This document shows positions 26,820 to 35,960 of a stretch of 64,000 nt of DNA, piece by piece. The notes beneath the pieces are model-generated. The model saw only the letters and a list, made by a program, of their open reading frames with translations, was not told where the DNA came from and made no database searches. Location: IMG/VR virus record IMGVR_UViG_3300035208_001807, positions 85,408-149,407 of that record; one strand, given 5' to 3'. A program made the position numbers and the translations under genes. Numbering within the stretch: position 1 is the first letter of the stretch; every line of letters starts with the position of its first letter. This DNA is from a virus (Duplodnaviria > Caudoviricetes).

Positions 26820-27206
26820 ATGTCACACATGGCGCGAGTGCAGGTAGCCCTAAAGGACTTAGCAGTCCTGAAGGAAATCTTGGCCGAGATGGGTATGAAA
26901 ACTGTTGACAAACAGGGAACCATCCAGGCGATGGATGGTAAGACCGAAGCTGTTGTAGCCCAGGTCGAAGGTACCAACATCGGCGTCCGTGCGACCACAG
27001 ATGCGAATGGGACCTCCTACTCTCTAGTAGGTGAGTTCTATCGTACGAAGTGGTACGGCAAAGAGAAGGCTCTGGCTGACAAGATCAATCAGACCTATGC
27101 CGTTAAGAAGACCAAGAAGGAATTCACGGCGATGGGGTACATCGTCCAGGGTACCGAGAAGGTCAGCGCGGACGGCACCATCGAACTAACGATGGCGAAG
27201 TACTAA
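26820..27206 (+). CDS. DUF1257 / Ycf35-like protein
   Basis: MSH start, Q.YA motif; typical partner of Ycf46-like ATPases. Confidence 0.75.
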   Translation: MSHMARVQVALKDLAVLKEILAEMGMKTVDKQGTIQAMDGKTEAVVAQVEGTNIGVRATTDANGTSYSLVGEFYRTKWYGKEKALADKINQTYAVKKTKKEFTAMGYIVQGTEKVSADGTIELTMAKY

Positions 27207-27224
27207 AACAAGGAGAGCTCCAAG

Positions 27225-27416
27225 ATGAAGACAGTAACTATCAAAGTGGACGCAAAGGGTAAGGTAGTCTACGAATCCAAGGGATACGTGGGCACCGAGT
27301 GTAAGGAAGTTCAGAAGGTTATGCTGGGCATCGGACAGGTCTCCGATGTCAAGGATACCGCTGACGCCTACAAGTCCAACGAGCGTCCTGCTTACAACGA
27401 ACTAGGCTACCATTAA
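27225..27416 (+). CDS. DUF2997-like small protein
   Basis: I.VDAKGKV..E.KGY.G.EC motif; cassette context. Confidence 0.72.
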   Translation: MKTVTIKVDAKGKVVYESKGYVGTECKEVQKVMLGIGQVSDVKDTADAYKSNERPAYNELGYH

Positions 27417-27433
27417 GCCTAAGTGAGGTTGTC

Positions 27434-27814
27434 ATGCATGTAGTTGTTATAGACGCCAAGAATCGTCAGGTCAGCGATCTTGAAGTCCACGGCGATACTC
27501 TGGAGATGCTCCAGGGTATCGTCGGTGGGTCCATTGAGATTGCTACCAACCTTAATAACAAAGACACTGTCTATGTTAATGAGGAAGGTCTGATGATAGG
27601 CTACGAAGACTACTTCGAGATCCAAGGTGGCCATCAGCCATTCGCTGGGTCAGGTGTTGTAGTTGGACGAGATAGTAAGGGACATACCGTCTCTGCTAAA
27701 TCTACTGCTGATGATGTCCGGCCTCTTGTCGACTTTGTCCATAGAGATACTTTGGTCGCTCGCTACTCTAGATCTAGGACACGGCCTATTTCGAACAAGC
27801 GATCCCACACCTAG
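27434..27814 (+). CDS. DUF3846-like protein
   Basis: LQGIVGGSIE...YVNEEG motif. Confidence 0.7.
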   Translation: MHVVVIDAKNRQVSDLEVHGDTLEMLQGIVGGSIEIATNLNNKDTVYVNEEGLMIGYEDYFEIQGGHQPFAGSGVVVGRDSKGHTVSAKSTADDVRPLVDFVHRDTLVARYSRSRTRPISNKRSHT

Positions 27815-27860
27815 GGCCCTAGTTAAACGTTTAATCAGGCCCGTATTTAGGAGATCTTCA

Positions 27861-28325
27861 ATGAGTCCTCAGGATGGTGGCCTCTTCCTAGAGAGAGTCA
27901 CAATTGACCCCCATGGAGAGTTTCACCCCTGGGAGTACCTACCTATTAAGATTGCAACTTTAGCAGATCCAGAAGACCTGGCTCGTATTATTACATGGTC
28001 CAATGGCACAGCTATTAGTGCTACTGACATGCCATCAGTCCAAGCTCGGGCTATCCTAATTAATATTTGCCGTAGTCCGCTTGATGGCGGCGGCCCTCTT
28101 CTAGTAGCCCTTAGCGACCCTGCTTTTACATTCAATGGTCATGATGCTATGTTTCAGCATCTTCCTACAAAGTGGAAGGAGCTTGGGTTTGATACTGATC
28201 TCCTCAAGCCCTATGCTGGGAAGCTATGGTTTGTAAGACCCCACTCGGTGGGTGGGCCCTCTATGGGGAGAGTTCACAAACGTGTCAACCTTAAGATATC
28301 TTCTCTTCGCAGACTGGTGGACTAA
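27861..28325 (+). CDS. Hypothetical protein
   Basis: SD AGGAG before ATG 27861; ends SSLRRLVD. Confidence 0.6.
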   Translation: MSPQDGGLFLERVTIDPHGEFHPWEYLPIKIATLADPEDLARIITWSNGTAISATDMPSVQARAILINICRSPLDGGGPLLVALSDPAFTFNGHDAMFQHLPTKWKELGFDTDLLKPYAGKLWFVRPHSVGGPSMGRVHKRVNLKISSLRRLVD

Positions 28326-28326
28326 G

Positions 28327-28497
28327 ATGGGATTTATATCTCCTCCACCTCCGATTCCCTTTGTTGTTCCTTCAGAGTGGTCTATAGACTTTGATTCTGG
28401 TGGGGATAACTTTAATGCTCTCCTCTTTAGAATGATTCGCAAGGCTGATAAAGGAAACCTGGAACGTTTACGAGTGGGCTTTCCATATAATGAGTAA
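28327..28497 (+). CDS. Small hypothetical protein
   Basis: Contains F.ALLFRMIRKAD..NLERLR.GFP; coupled to neighbours. Confidence 0.45.
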   Translation: MGFISPPPPIPFVVPSEWSIDFDSGGDNFNALLFRMIRKADKGNLERLRVGFPYNE

Positions 28498-28726
28498 ATG
28501 CAAATGTGGTCATGATGAGAAGCGCCACAAGCTAGTTACTGTATCCGGTTGGTGTGTTAAGGGATGTAAGTGTACTTGCTTTAGACCTGTAACGATATGT
28601 ACTTGCGGCCATTATGCGCTTGATCATTTCAGGTGTGACCGTTGCGGGGGCCATCATTGTAAGCCTAGTGTTGGATGCTGTTCATGTAACCTATACAAGC
28701 CTAGGAAGGTTAAGTCAGCCAAATGA
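28490..28726 (+). CDS. Cys/His-rich small protein
   Basis: Repeated CxCGH...H motifs. Confidence 0.55.
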   Translation: MSKCKCGHDEKRHKLVTVSGWCVKGCKCTCFRPVTICTCGHYALDHFRCDRCGGHHCKPSVGCCSCNLYKPRKVKSAK

Positions 28727-28935
28727 AAGATACCATCTGCCTTAAATGTACTAAGAAGAAGGGTTGCGAGACTGCGCAGGATGGTGTCATGCGCTGCCCT
28801 CACTTTGACAAGGGTCTCTTTACAGATGATACTCTAGCTAAGGCTGATCCCAATAGGCAGCTCCCGCCTATAAAGAGTAGGAGGCTGTCTAGTGTGGCAG
28901 AAGATCCTAAGAGCGATAAAGAAACTCCTTTCTAG
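28723..28935 (+). CDS. Small Cys-containing hypothetical protein
   Basis: ATGA overlap with the upstream gene; CxxC. Confidence 0.5.
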   Translation: MKDTICLKCTKKKGCETAQDGVMRCPHFDKGLFTDDTLAKADPNRQLPPIKSRRLSSVAEDPKSDKETPF

Positions 28936-29155
28936 TCCCTTGTGCTACTTAGGGATTCATGACACATACTACACATGGCTTCCTATTCATAGGAAGGGGA
29001 AGACTGTTTGGACTGGAGATCAGTGGTGCGAGTGGTGTCACAAGTGTACTATAAAGGGTCCATATCACGATGAGGACCCACGACGTAGACCTTGAATTAA
29101 AGATGTAGTTATAGTAGGATAGCTCCGTTGGTAAGAACGGTTCTCGGAGACGCCT

Positions 29156-32100
29156 TTGGATTCCTTTGTAAATATCCATGCTCATAGCGATGGTAGTATC
29201 TTAGACTCTCAGCTTACAGTTCCTAAGATGGTATCAACTGTTGTGAAGCTGGGGTCGCCGGCGCTTGCCCTAACAGACCATGGTTCCATGGTCAATATCG
29301 TAGACTTCCATACCGAATGTAAGAAGAACAAGATCAAGCCTATCTTGGGCTGTGAGTTCTATGTTGCCTACGAAGGTATCCAGAACAAGGAAGCTACTAA
29401 GCTAGCTAAGACCGATACTGCTCTTGCTAGGGAGTCAGATATCCTTGGCGTTAGCCATCTAATCCTACTAGCCAAGAACTTTGAAGGCTATCAGAACCTC
29501 TGCCGTCTTCTAGCTATTGCTCATACTGATGGCTTCTATTACCAGCCTCGTATTGACTACGACCTTCTAGCCCAGCATAGTAATGGTCTTATCTGTTCTA
29601 CTGCTTGTATGTTCGGCGACTTCTTCAAGCTAACTATGCATGACCATGTGGCTCAGCAAGCCAAGGCGCCTCTCCTAATTGAGAAGCTCAAGGGCATCTT
29701 TGGGAATGACCTTTATATTGAACTCCAGAACCATGGCTTTAAGAAGCAGGTTCAATTCCTTCCTAAGGCTATCAAGAGTGCATCTGATCAAGATGTCAAG
29801 CTTGTCATCTCTCAGGATGTGCACTATGCCGCGGCGAAGGATGCCAAGTTCCAAGATGCACTCTATTGTGTAGGCAAGCATAAGATCTATGGTGACTCGG
29901 AGCGGATGGCAGTCTCTGGAGAGATGTACTTCAAGACTCGCCGTCAGCTTGAGGCCATGTTCTCGGCCTCAAACGTGCCGGCTTCAGCGTTCGATAACAC
30001 ATTAGAGATTGCTGAGAAGGTCACCGAGTATGAAATAGCTCCTAAAGACTATCTACTTCCTAAGATGTATTCTACGAAGGAAGAGTCTGAGAGACACTTC
30101 CGGGACTTATGCAACGTAGGGTGGAAGGAGCTTATTGCTCCCAACATTAAGGACCCCGCTCTCCGTGAGGTCTATAAGCAACGCGCAGCTTATGAGATGC
30201 GCATCATTAGCCAGATGGGCTTCACAGATTACTTCCTAATTGTACAAGATTACCTTGACCATGCTCGTAAGACTGGTATACTAGTTGGACCTGGCAGAGG
30301 ATCAGCTGCTGGGTGCCTCGTTTCCTACCTCATTGGGATTACTAAAGAAGATCCTATCCTCTACGGCCTACTATTTGAGAGGTTTCTGGTTCCAGGCCGC
30401 CCTACGATGCCTGACATCGATGTCGATGTCTCAGACAGAGACGAAGTAATTCGCTATCTGGAGACAAAGTATGGGAAAGATAAAGTCGCTCCTATTATCA
30501 ACCGCACCGCAGCTACTAGCAAGGCTGCCCTCATCAAGGTTGGTACTATCCTTGGTAGCTTTCAGCTTGGGAGAGATCTTTCTGCACTTATCCCAACCTT
30601 CCGTGGAGAAACACCCACATTTGATGAAGCCTTTGCGAAGGTTCCTGAGCTACAGATTCGTGAGCGGGAAACCCCTGAGCTGTTCGAACTGGCACGGGGT
30701 CTGGAAGGTGTGTATGTTGGCCTTGGCGGCCACGCTAGTGGGGTTATTGTCTCAAGTGTTCCACTCACAGACATTATTCCCCTACACCGTACCAAGGACA
30801 TAGTCTATACAGCCTACGATGGTGACCAACTTAAGAAGCTAAAGCTAGTTAAGCTTGATATCCTGAACGTCGACGTTCTACGTACCATCTCTGACTGTGT
30901 CAAGATGATTAAAGAACGTCACGGCGTTGACATTGACCCCTATAAGATTCCTATGGACGACAAGCAGACCTATGATCTAATCTGCGAAGGCGACACCGTT
31001 GGGGTCTTTCAGTTTGAATCTAACATGATGCGCGAGATTCTTAAGAAGGTTAAGCCTCGTAACATCCTAGAGATCGCTGCTGTTAATGCTATCGGCCGCC
31101 CTGGTGCCCTAGATGCCGACGGTCTCGTTGGCACGTATGTCAATCGTAAGCGCAATCTAGAGCCAATTGTCTACCCGCACCCAGTGCTACAGCCCATCTT
31201 GGAAGAGACCTATGGTCTTATGATCTACCAAGAGCAGGTCATGCTTATTGCTAAGACTCTAGCCAGCTATACGGACGAGGAGACTGATAAGTTCCGTAAG
31301 GCCATGAGTGACAAGGATGTCTCTATTATTGAGAACCAGCGGGAGAAGTTCCTAGCTGGCGCCCTCAAGAACGAGTACCCGAAGGAGTTCGTTGAGACTG
31401 TCTTCGAGAACATCAAGAAGTTCGCCGGGTATGGATTTAACAAGTCTCATGCCGTAGCCTACGGGCATGTTGGCTATATCACGGCCTATCTAAAGGCCCA
31501 TTATCCTATGGAGTTCCTACTCTCCAGCTTAAACAAGGAGATTCGGAAGGGATCGCCGCTAGAGTTTATAACCAAGTTCGTTGTAGATTTAGAGAAACAT
31601 AACTACTCTGTTAAGGGTCCTAGTGTTGTAAGCTCTGGCTGGGAGTTCGAACCCCACAAGACAGAGACTGATACAGTTAGAAAGCCTGTGATATACTATG
31701 GATTAGGCGGCATTAAAGGCATCTCTCCTAAGCAAATGGAGGACTGGATTGCCCGCCGACCCTTCAAAAGCCTTGACGATTGCGTAGTTAAGGGTATACT
31801 ATCAGGAGTAAACAGTAGGTCGTTAGAGTTGCTAGCAGAACTTGGGTGCTTTTCCGAGCTGGCTCCTAACATTGTACATGTCGCTGCGTCGATGAGTTTA
31901 CGTATTGACAAGGCGAGGAAGCTTATCACCAGAGCTAGGTCTAAGAAGAAGAAGTCTGACCAGCAGACTATCGATCTTTTCCTAGGCGGTGAGACAGCTT
32001 TTAATGAGGAGAACTTGGAGTTCGATATGGGCGACCGCGATCTTCTATTCGCGACCCAGAGTGACCTGGCACGGAAAGCACTAAGAATCAAGGCCGAGAT

Positions 32101-32572
32101 TGAGCACATAGGTTTTGCTATCTCGGGGACACTTCTCGATGAGTATGAAGAGCAGGTAAGAAGGCGCGCGAACTGCACGACTTCATCATACGTATCCGAG
32201 ATAGGCGCAGGGAGTACAGCTAGGGTTGCTGGAGTTATAACGAAGATGCGCAAGTGCACGGACAGACATGGGAGACGCATGGCGTTTCTGAGTCTGTCGG
32301 ATGGAAGGACCGAGATCCGTGCAGTAGTCTTTGGTACAGTCTTTGAACGTATTAGACCAGAGACACGCTGGAAAGAGGGCGCAGCAATTGTAGTGGACGG
32401 CCGCAAGGACGAGCGAGATGGCGAGACTTTACTCGCCAAGGACCTCGTATTCCTCCGTAAAGAGGTCAGCGGCCCCGATGAAGAAGCTCAAGAAGTTCTC
32501 CCTACAACGACTAAAAGACCTAGAAGTAGTAAACAACATAGGTCTAGTACACCGAGTAGCCCAGCAGTATAA
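29156..32572 (+). CDS. dnaE: DNA polymerase III alpha subunit
   Basis: PHP domain HAHSDGSILD/LTDHG, GRGSAAG, PDIDVD, GVFQFES, YGFNKSHA and a C-terminal OB fold. Confidence 0.97.
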   Translation: MDSFVNIHAHSDGSILDSQLTVPKMVSTVVKLGSPALALTDHGSMVNIVDFHTECKKNKIKPILGCEFYVAYEGIQNKEATKLAKTDTALARESDILGVSHLILLAKNFEGYQNLCRLLAIAHTDGFYYQPRIDYDLLAQHSNGLICSTACMFGDFFKLTMHDHVAQQAKAPLLIEKLKGIFGNDLYIELQNHGFKKQVQFLPKAIKSASDQDVKLVISQDVHYAAAKDAKFQDALYCVGKHKIYGDSERMAVSGEMYFKTRRQLEAMFSASNVPASAFDNTLEIAEKVTEYEIAPKDYLLPKMYSTKEESERHFRDLCNVGWKELIAPNIKDPALREVYKQRAAYEMRIISQMGFTDYFLIVQDYLDHARKTGILVGPGRGSAAGCLVSYLIGITKEDPILYGLLFERFLVPGRPTMPDIDVDVSDRDEVIRYLETKYGKDKVAPIINRTAATSKAALIKVGTILGSFQLGRDLSALIPTFRGETPTFDEAFAKVPELQIRERETPELFELARGLEGVYVGLGGHASGVIVSSVPLTDIIPLHRTKDIVYTAYDGDQLKKLKLVKLDILNVDVLRTISDCVKMIKERHGVDIDPYKIPMDDKQTYDLICEGDTVGVFQFESNMMREILKKVKPRNILEIAAVNAIGRPGALDADGLVGTYVNRKRNLEPIVYPHPVLQPILEETYGLMIYQEQVMLIAKTLASYTDEETDKFRKAMSDKDVSIIENQREKFLAGALKNEYPKEFVETVFENIKKFAGYGFNKSHAVAYGHVGYITAYLKAHYPMEFLLSSLNKEIRKGSPLEFITKFVVDLEKHNYSVKGPSVVSSGWEFEPHKTETDTVRKPVIYYGLGGIKGISPKQMEDWIARRPFKSLDDCVVKGILSGVNSRSLELLAELGCFSELAPNIVHVAASMSLRIDKARKLITRARSKKKKSDQQTIDLFLGGETAFNEENLEFDMGDRDLLFATQSDLARKALRIKAEIEHIGFAISGTLLDEYEEQVRRRANCTTSSYVSEIGAGSTARVAGVITKMRKCTDRHGRRMAFLSLSDGRTEIRAVVFGTVFERIRPETRWKEGAAIVVDGRKDERDGETLLAKDLVFLRKEVSGPDEEAQEVLPTTTKRPRSSKQHRSSTPSSPAV

Positions 32573-33314
32573 AGGCTACTGTAACAAGCGTGCCTTTACA
32601 TACGACGACCTAGTGCAGGAAGGTATTGTTGGGCTAATTATTGCCCGCAATAAATTCAAGCCCTCGAAGGGCGCCCGCTTCTCTACATATGCTAACTACT
32701 GGATACGGGCAAAGATCCTACGGCTCTTAGATAGATACTCATCTACCATTCACGTAACGTTCTCAGCTAGTGCAACCTACAGTAAGCTTGTTAAGAAGTA
32801 TGGCACCATCGGTGACATCATTGAAGATCTTCTTGACAAGATTCAGTTAGATTACAACAAGGGACGGATTAGCGGCAGGGATTATCGTAAGTTCATTGAT
32901 ATCCTACATGCTAAGTCGCCTGACAACTACAACCACATCTCAATAGATGATGCTCTAGACTCAGCTAATACAGAACACTCTAGAGCCTTGGACTCTGACA
33001 GTAGATCGTTAGGGATGGATATCCTTAAGCATCTAGAGCAGGTGAATAATGCAGAGGATCTCCTTTGTCAGAGGGCCTTAATCCGTAGACTGATAGATGC
33101 CTTAGAGCCCGACGAACGTAAGTTAGTCATTATGTATTATGGGCTCGATGGGAAGGATTCCCATACCTACAACGAGTTGTCTAAAGTCTTTAAGTGTTCT
33201 AAGCAGCGAGTTCATCAGTGGCACAAGAGGATAACAGCTAAGCTCAGGGCGAATCTAAAGGATATATGTTTGAAGGATAGGGTTGACTTAAAGGAAATGG
33301 TAAGTAATAATTAA
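32478..33314 (+). CDS. Sigma70-family RNA polymerase sigma factor
   Basis: Region 2 DDLVQEGIVGL..A..KF....GARFSTYANYWIR; region 4 HTH SKQRVHQ. Confidence 0.9.
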   Translation: MKKLKKFSLQRLKDLEVVNNIGLVHRVAQQYKGYCNKRAFTYDDLVQEGIVGLIIARNKFKPSKGARFSTYANYWIRAKILRLLDRYSSTIHVTFSASATYSKLVKKYGTIGDIIEDLLDKIQLDYNKGRISGRDYRKFIDILHAKSPDNYNHISIDDALDSANTEHSRALDSDSRSLGMDILKHLEQVNNAEDLLCQRALIRRLIDALEPDERKLVIMYYGLDGKDSHTYNELSKVFKCSKQRVHQWHKRITAKLRANLKDICLKDRVDLKEMVSNN

Positions 33315-33323
33315 TAGGCAAGT

Positions 33324-33397
33324 CTGAATGTGGTGTAGAGGTAGCATCTGTGGTTTGGGACCATAGGGCGCAGGTTCAATTCCTGCCATTCAGACCA
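33324..33397 (+). tRNA. tRNA-Pro(TGG)
   Basis: Acceptor CTGAATG/CATTCAG, anticodon loop TT-TGG-GA, encoded CCA. Confidence 0.92.
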
Positions 33398-33410
33398 ATT
33401 GAGGTAATAC

Positions 33411-34784
33411 ATGCTGGAGTCTATTTGCTTTGCTAAGCAGCGTGTGCATCCAGATGGATACCCAGTTAACAAATTTCATAGTATGAGAAGGCTTAACTTC
33501 TTAAAGGTTACAGCAACAAAAGAAATAGGAGAACTAGAAATGCCAGAGCAGCCCTCCGCAATAGATACTAACTTCCCGATCAACTTACAAATGACTATAG
33601 GAGCGGATGCCTACTCGCGCTTCTCCCCATTCGTTGAAGTACACTTCTGTGCTGCTGTAACCAAGCTGGGTCTACGAAGAATGTTCTCCATGAACTGGAC
33701 CGCGGCTGGCCCTAACTTGGAGGCAGAGCTCTTTAAGAAGTCAGAGATGATATTTGATGTCTCTTGGAAGCCCAAGGACGAGACATTAGAAGGCGAAGAT
33801 ACTTATGATGAGCCAGCCTTTAGTGGCATGGGAACTGAAGGTTCAGTTACTACATTCTCTCAAGTTAGAGCGTTCATAAACGACAAGGGTGATATGTTGC
33901 CCTTCTGTATATCGTTCGATAACCTAGAGTCCGAAGCTCGTTTCCTGATGGCTTATACTAGAGACGAGGACAGGGAAGCCCTATCTAAGTTGGTGCAGGA
34001 CGCCCTCAAGCCCTCCAAATCTGAAAACAAAGACCAAGTCAAGGTTTGTTTTTGGATGGCAGGCTCGCATGGCGCCAGCTCATACAACCGAGATGTAGAT
34101 ACATACAAGACTCCCAATATCATAGATAACTATAATGCAGAGGCCAAGGAGCGCATGGAGTTCCTAGCTGGGTATAAGCCCAAGAAGGGCGGGGAGTTAC
34201 TTATTCTTTCTGGGTTACCTGGTACAGGTAAGACACACGCTTTACGTGCCATCATGGGCGAGTGGCGTAAGTGGGCGGACTTCCACTACGTAGTGGACCC
34301 AGCCGTACTCTTCAGCGGCCAGAACTCAGGCTATCTAACTGAGGTTCTTCTAGGCTCAAGATCAGGCCTCTCGGACTCTGAGCGTAAGAACCGCTGGCGC
34401 GTAGTTATCCTAGAAGATGTAGGAGAACTCCTAAAGCCAGATGCTATGGACCGGGGCAACGGCGGCCTAGCCCAACTGCTAAATATTACTGACGGGCTAA
34501 TCGGGCAGGGCAGGAAGCTAGTAGTTGTTGTTACTACCAACGAAGAGATCAAGGTCCTTCATCCTGCTGTAAGCAGGCCGGGACGCTGTGCATTCTTCCA
34601 TGAGTTCGGGAAGCTTTCTGTTTGTGAAGCAGAAGCTTGGCTAACTAAGATGAAAGTCGACCTACCAAAGGACGTAAAGACCTGTACAATTGCCGACCTT
34701 TATGCTATATATAATAGTGTTAGCAACTTCGTAAAGATAAAGGAGCCGGCACCAATCGGGTTCATGGCTCCCGAGAAGAAGTAA
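33411..34784 (+). CDS. AAA ATPase (DUF5925-associated type)
   Basis: GLPGTGKT, ILED, LLNITDGLIGQG and RPGRC motifs. Alternative start at 33540. Confidence 0.85.
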   Translation: MLESICFAKQRVHPDGYPVNKFHSMRRLNFLKVTATKEIGELEMPEQPSAIDTNFPINLQMTIGADAYSRFSPFVEVHFCAAVTKLGLRRMFSMNWTAAGPNLEAELFKKSEMIFDVSWKPKDETLEGEDTYDEPAFSGMGTEGSVTTFSQVRAFINDKGDMLPFCISFDNLESEARFLMAYTRDEDREALSKLVQDALKPSKSENKDQVKVCFWMAGSHGASSYNRDVDTYKTPNIIDNYNAEAKERMEFLAGYKPKKGGELLILSGLPGTGKTHALRAIMGEWRKWADFHYVVDPAVLFSGQNSGYLTEVLLGSRSGLSDSERKNRWRVVILEDVGELLKPDAMDRGNGGLAQLLNITDGLIGQGRKLVVVVTTNEEIKVLHPAVSRPGRCAFFHEFGKLSVCEAEAWLTKMKVDLPKDVKTCTIADLYAIYNSVSNFVKIKEPAPIGFMAPEKK

Positions 34785-34785
34785 T

Positions 34786-34859
34786 GCGGGATTGGTGTAA
34801 CAGTAGCATAGGAGTTTTCCAAACTCTTGGCACGGATGCGAATTCCGTATCCCGCTCCA
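34786..34859 (+). tRNA. tRNA-Gly(TCC)
   Basis: Acceptor GCGGGAT/ATCCCGC, U73, anticodon TCC, CCA. T-loop is TGCGAAT. Confidence 0.9.
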
Positions 34860-34861
34860 TG

Positions 34862-35135
34862 TAAGCCACTTGGTGACTAGAAAGACTTTCGACAGTAGTA
34901 AGTGTAGGGCAGAACTAGGTTCGTCGGCCCTACGTGGGAACCGGAACTGTATAAGCTACGAGGTAGAGGTCTCCTCGGATGATATCCAAAGGGGCTCACC
35001 GTAGCACGAGTCAGTTGGAAAAGAAACATTCTCCGGAAGCATCCAAGATGTTTCGGTACAAGTCCGATCTAGAGTGGAGCCGTGTCACAAGCGCTAGTCA
35101 GTGTAGGCGGAATCGGCCCCTCATCAAGTAGGTCA
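34862..35135 (+). ncRNA. Unidentified structured RNA between tRNA-Gly and tRNA-Ser
   Basis: No ORF. Stems TGACTAG/CTAGTCA, GTAGGGC/GCCCTAC, GCTACG/CGTAGC, AAACAT/ATGTTT and TCGG-TACAAGT-CCGA. Confidence 0.55.
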
Positions 35136-35176
35136 TTTAAGGAGTCAAGTTTTCTTGCTATAAAACTTGACAAGTA

Positions 35177-35264
35177 GGAGAGATGCCGGAGTGGTTAACG
35201 GGACGGTTTGCTAAACCGTTGGTCCGCAAGGGCCACGTAGGTTCGAGCCCTACTCTCTCCGCCA
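35177..35264 (+). tRNA. tRNA-Ser(GCT)
   Basis: Acceptor GGAGAGA/TCTCTCC, G73, long variable arm, anticodon GCT, CCA. Confidence 0.95.
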
Positions 35265-35280
35265 TTTTGAGGTAATAGAA

Positions 35281-35688
35281 ATGCCACCTAAGAAACGCAC
35301 ATTATACTATACGCTGGACTCAAAGCACCGTACAATCCCTGTGGACACTCCTCATACTAGTGCGGGCGCCCAGGCCCTTGAAGCAGTACTGTCTGATGTT
35401 AACACCCGTCGCGTTGATGAAACCTTTATAGGTACTACCAGAATCTCCACTGTCTTCCTTTGTCTTGACCACAGCTTTATGCGTACTGGCCCTCCCATTC
35501 TCTTTGAGACTATGATCTTCTCTGATAATGAAGAGATCAATGATTACCAGAAGCGCTATACTACTTGGGCTAAAGCTAAGACGGGGCACAAAGAAGCAGT
35601 TAACCTTGCAAAAGAAGTTCTGTTGAAATCCCGTTTGGCTACCCGTGTTGTAAAGAACAGGGGTAGTCTTAAGGATCTTGTAGATTAA
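35281..35688 (+). CDS. Phage hypothetical protein
   Basis: ISTVFLCLDH..PILFETMIF motif; ends SLKDLVD. Confidence 0.7.
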   Translation: MPPKKRTLYYTLDSKHRTIPVDTPHTSAGAQALEAVLSDVNTRRVDETFIGTTRISTVFLCLDHSFMRTGPPILFETMIFSDNEEINDYQKRYTTWAKAKTGHKEAVNLAKEVLLKSRLATRVVKNRGSLKDLVD

Positions 35689-35689
35689 T

Positions 35690-35771
35690 GCCCCGGTAGC
35701 CAGGCCGAGCTTCTACCTCGGTAACTGTAGCGGAGCTGTAAACGTAGGTTCAAATCCTACTCGGGGTACCA
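35690..35771 (+). tRNA. Atypical D-armless tRNA-like RNA, apparent anticodon TCT (Arg)
   Basis: Acceptor GCCCCGG/TCGGGGT plus ACCA; canonical T arm GTAGG-TTCAAAT-CCTAC; anticodon arm CCGAG-CTTCTAC-CTCGG; only 8 nt where the D arm should be; long extra arm. Confidence 0.6.
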
Positions 35772-35773
35772 TT

Positions 35774-35847
35774 GCTTCCATGGCAGAGCGGCCATGCAGC
35801 CGTCTCTAAAACGGCTTAAGTGGGTTCGACTCCCACTGGAGGCACCA
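35774..35847 (+). tRNA. Amber suppressor tRNA (anticodon CTA)
   Basis: Acceptor GCTTCCA/TGGAGGC, anticodon arm GCCGT-CT-CTA-AA-ACGGC, T arm GTGGG-TTCGACT-CCCAC, ACCA end. Confidence 0.9.
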
Positions 35848-35862
35848 TAAATTCTGAAGAGA

Positions 35863-35955
35863 AAGGAGTGCAAGATGAAGTAGGCTCGCCCACCATAATC
35901 GATTCCTTAGTTAGCTACCCCGTTAACCAACGTTAACCTGAACAACTAAGGAGTC
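35863..35955 (+). promoter_or_regulatory. Leader mini-ORF (ATG AAG TAG GCT CGC CCA CCA TAA) plus SD-sequestering hairpin
   Basis: SD AAGGAG at 35863-68, ATG 35875, in-frame TAG 35881, TAA 35896. A 12-bp stem (35901-12/35944-55) covers the SD of the next gene. Confidence 0.7.
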
Positions 35956-35960
35956 TTACA

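Noticed and set aside
31696-32439. 247 aa antisense ORF inside dnaE, and similar nested ORFs elsewhere
   Set aside because: Shadow ORFs of well-supported genes, with no motifs or SDs.
34862-35135. tmRNA, RNase P RNA or cobalamin riboswitch
   Set aside because: Lacks tmRNA acceptor ends and the RNase P GAGGAAAGUCC motif. Only fragmentary AACTGTA...GAGTCAG similarity to B12 riboswitches, with elements in the wrong order.
35774-35847. tRNA-Pyl
   Set aside because: Standard D arm, 2-nt acceptor-D linker and TTCGA loop, unlike tRNA-Pyl; no pyl genes seen.
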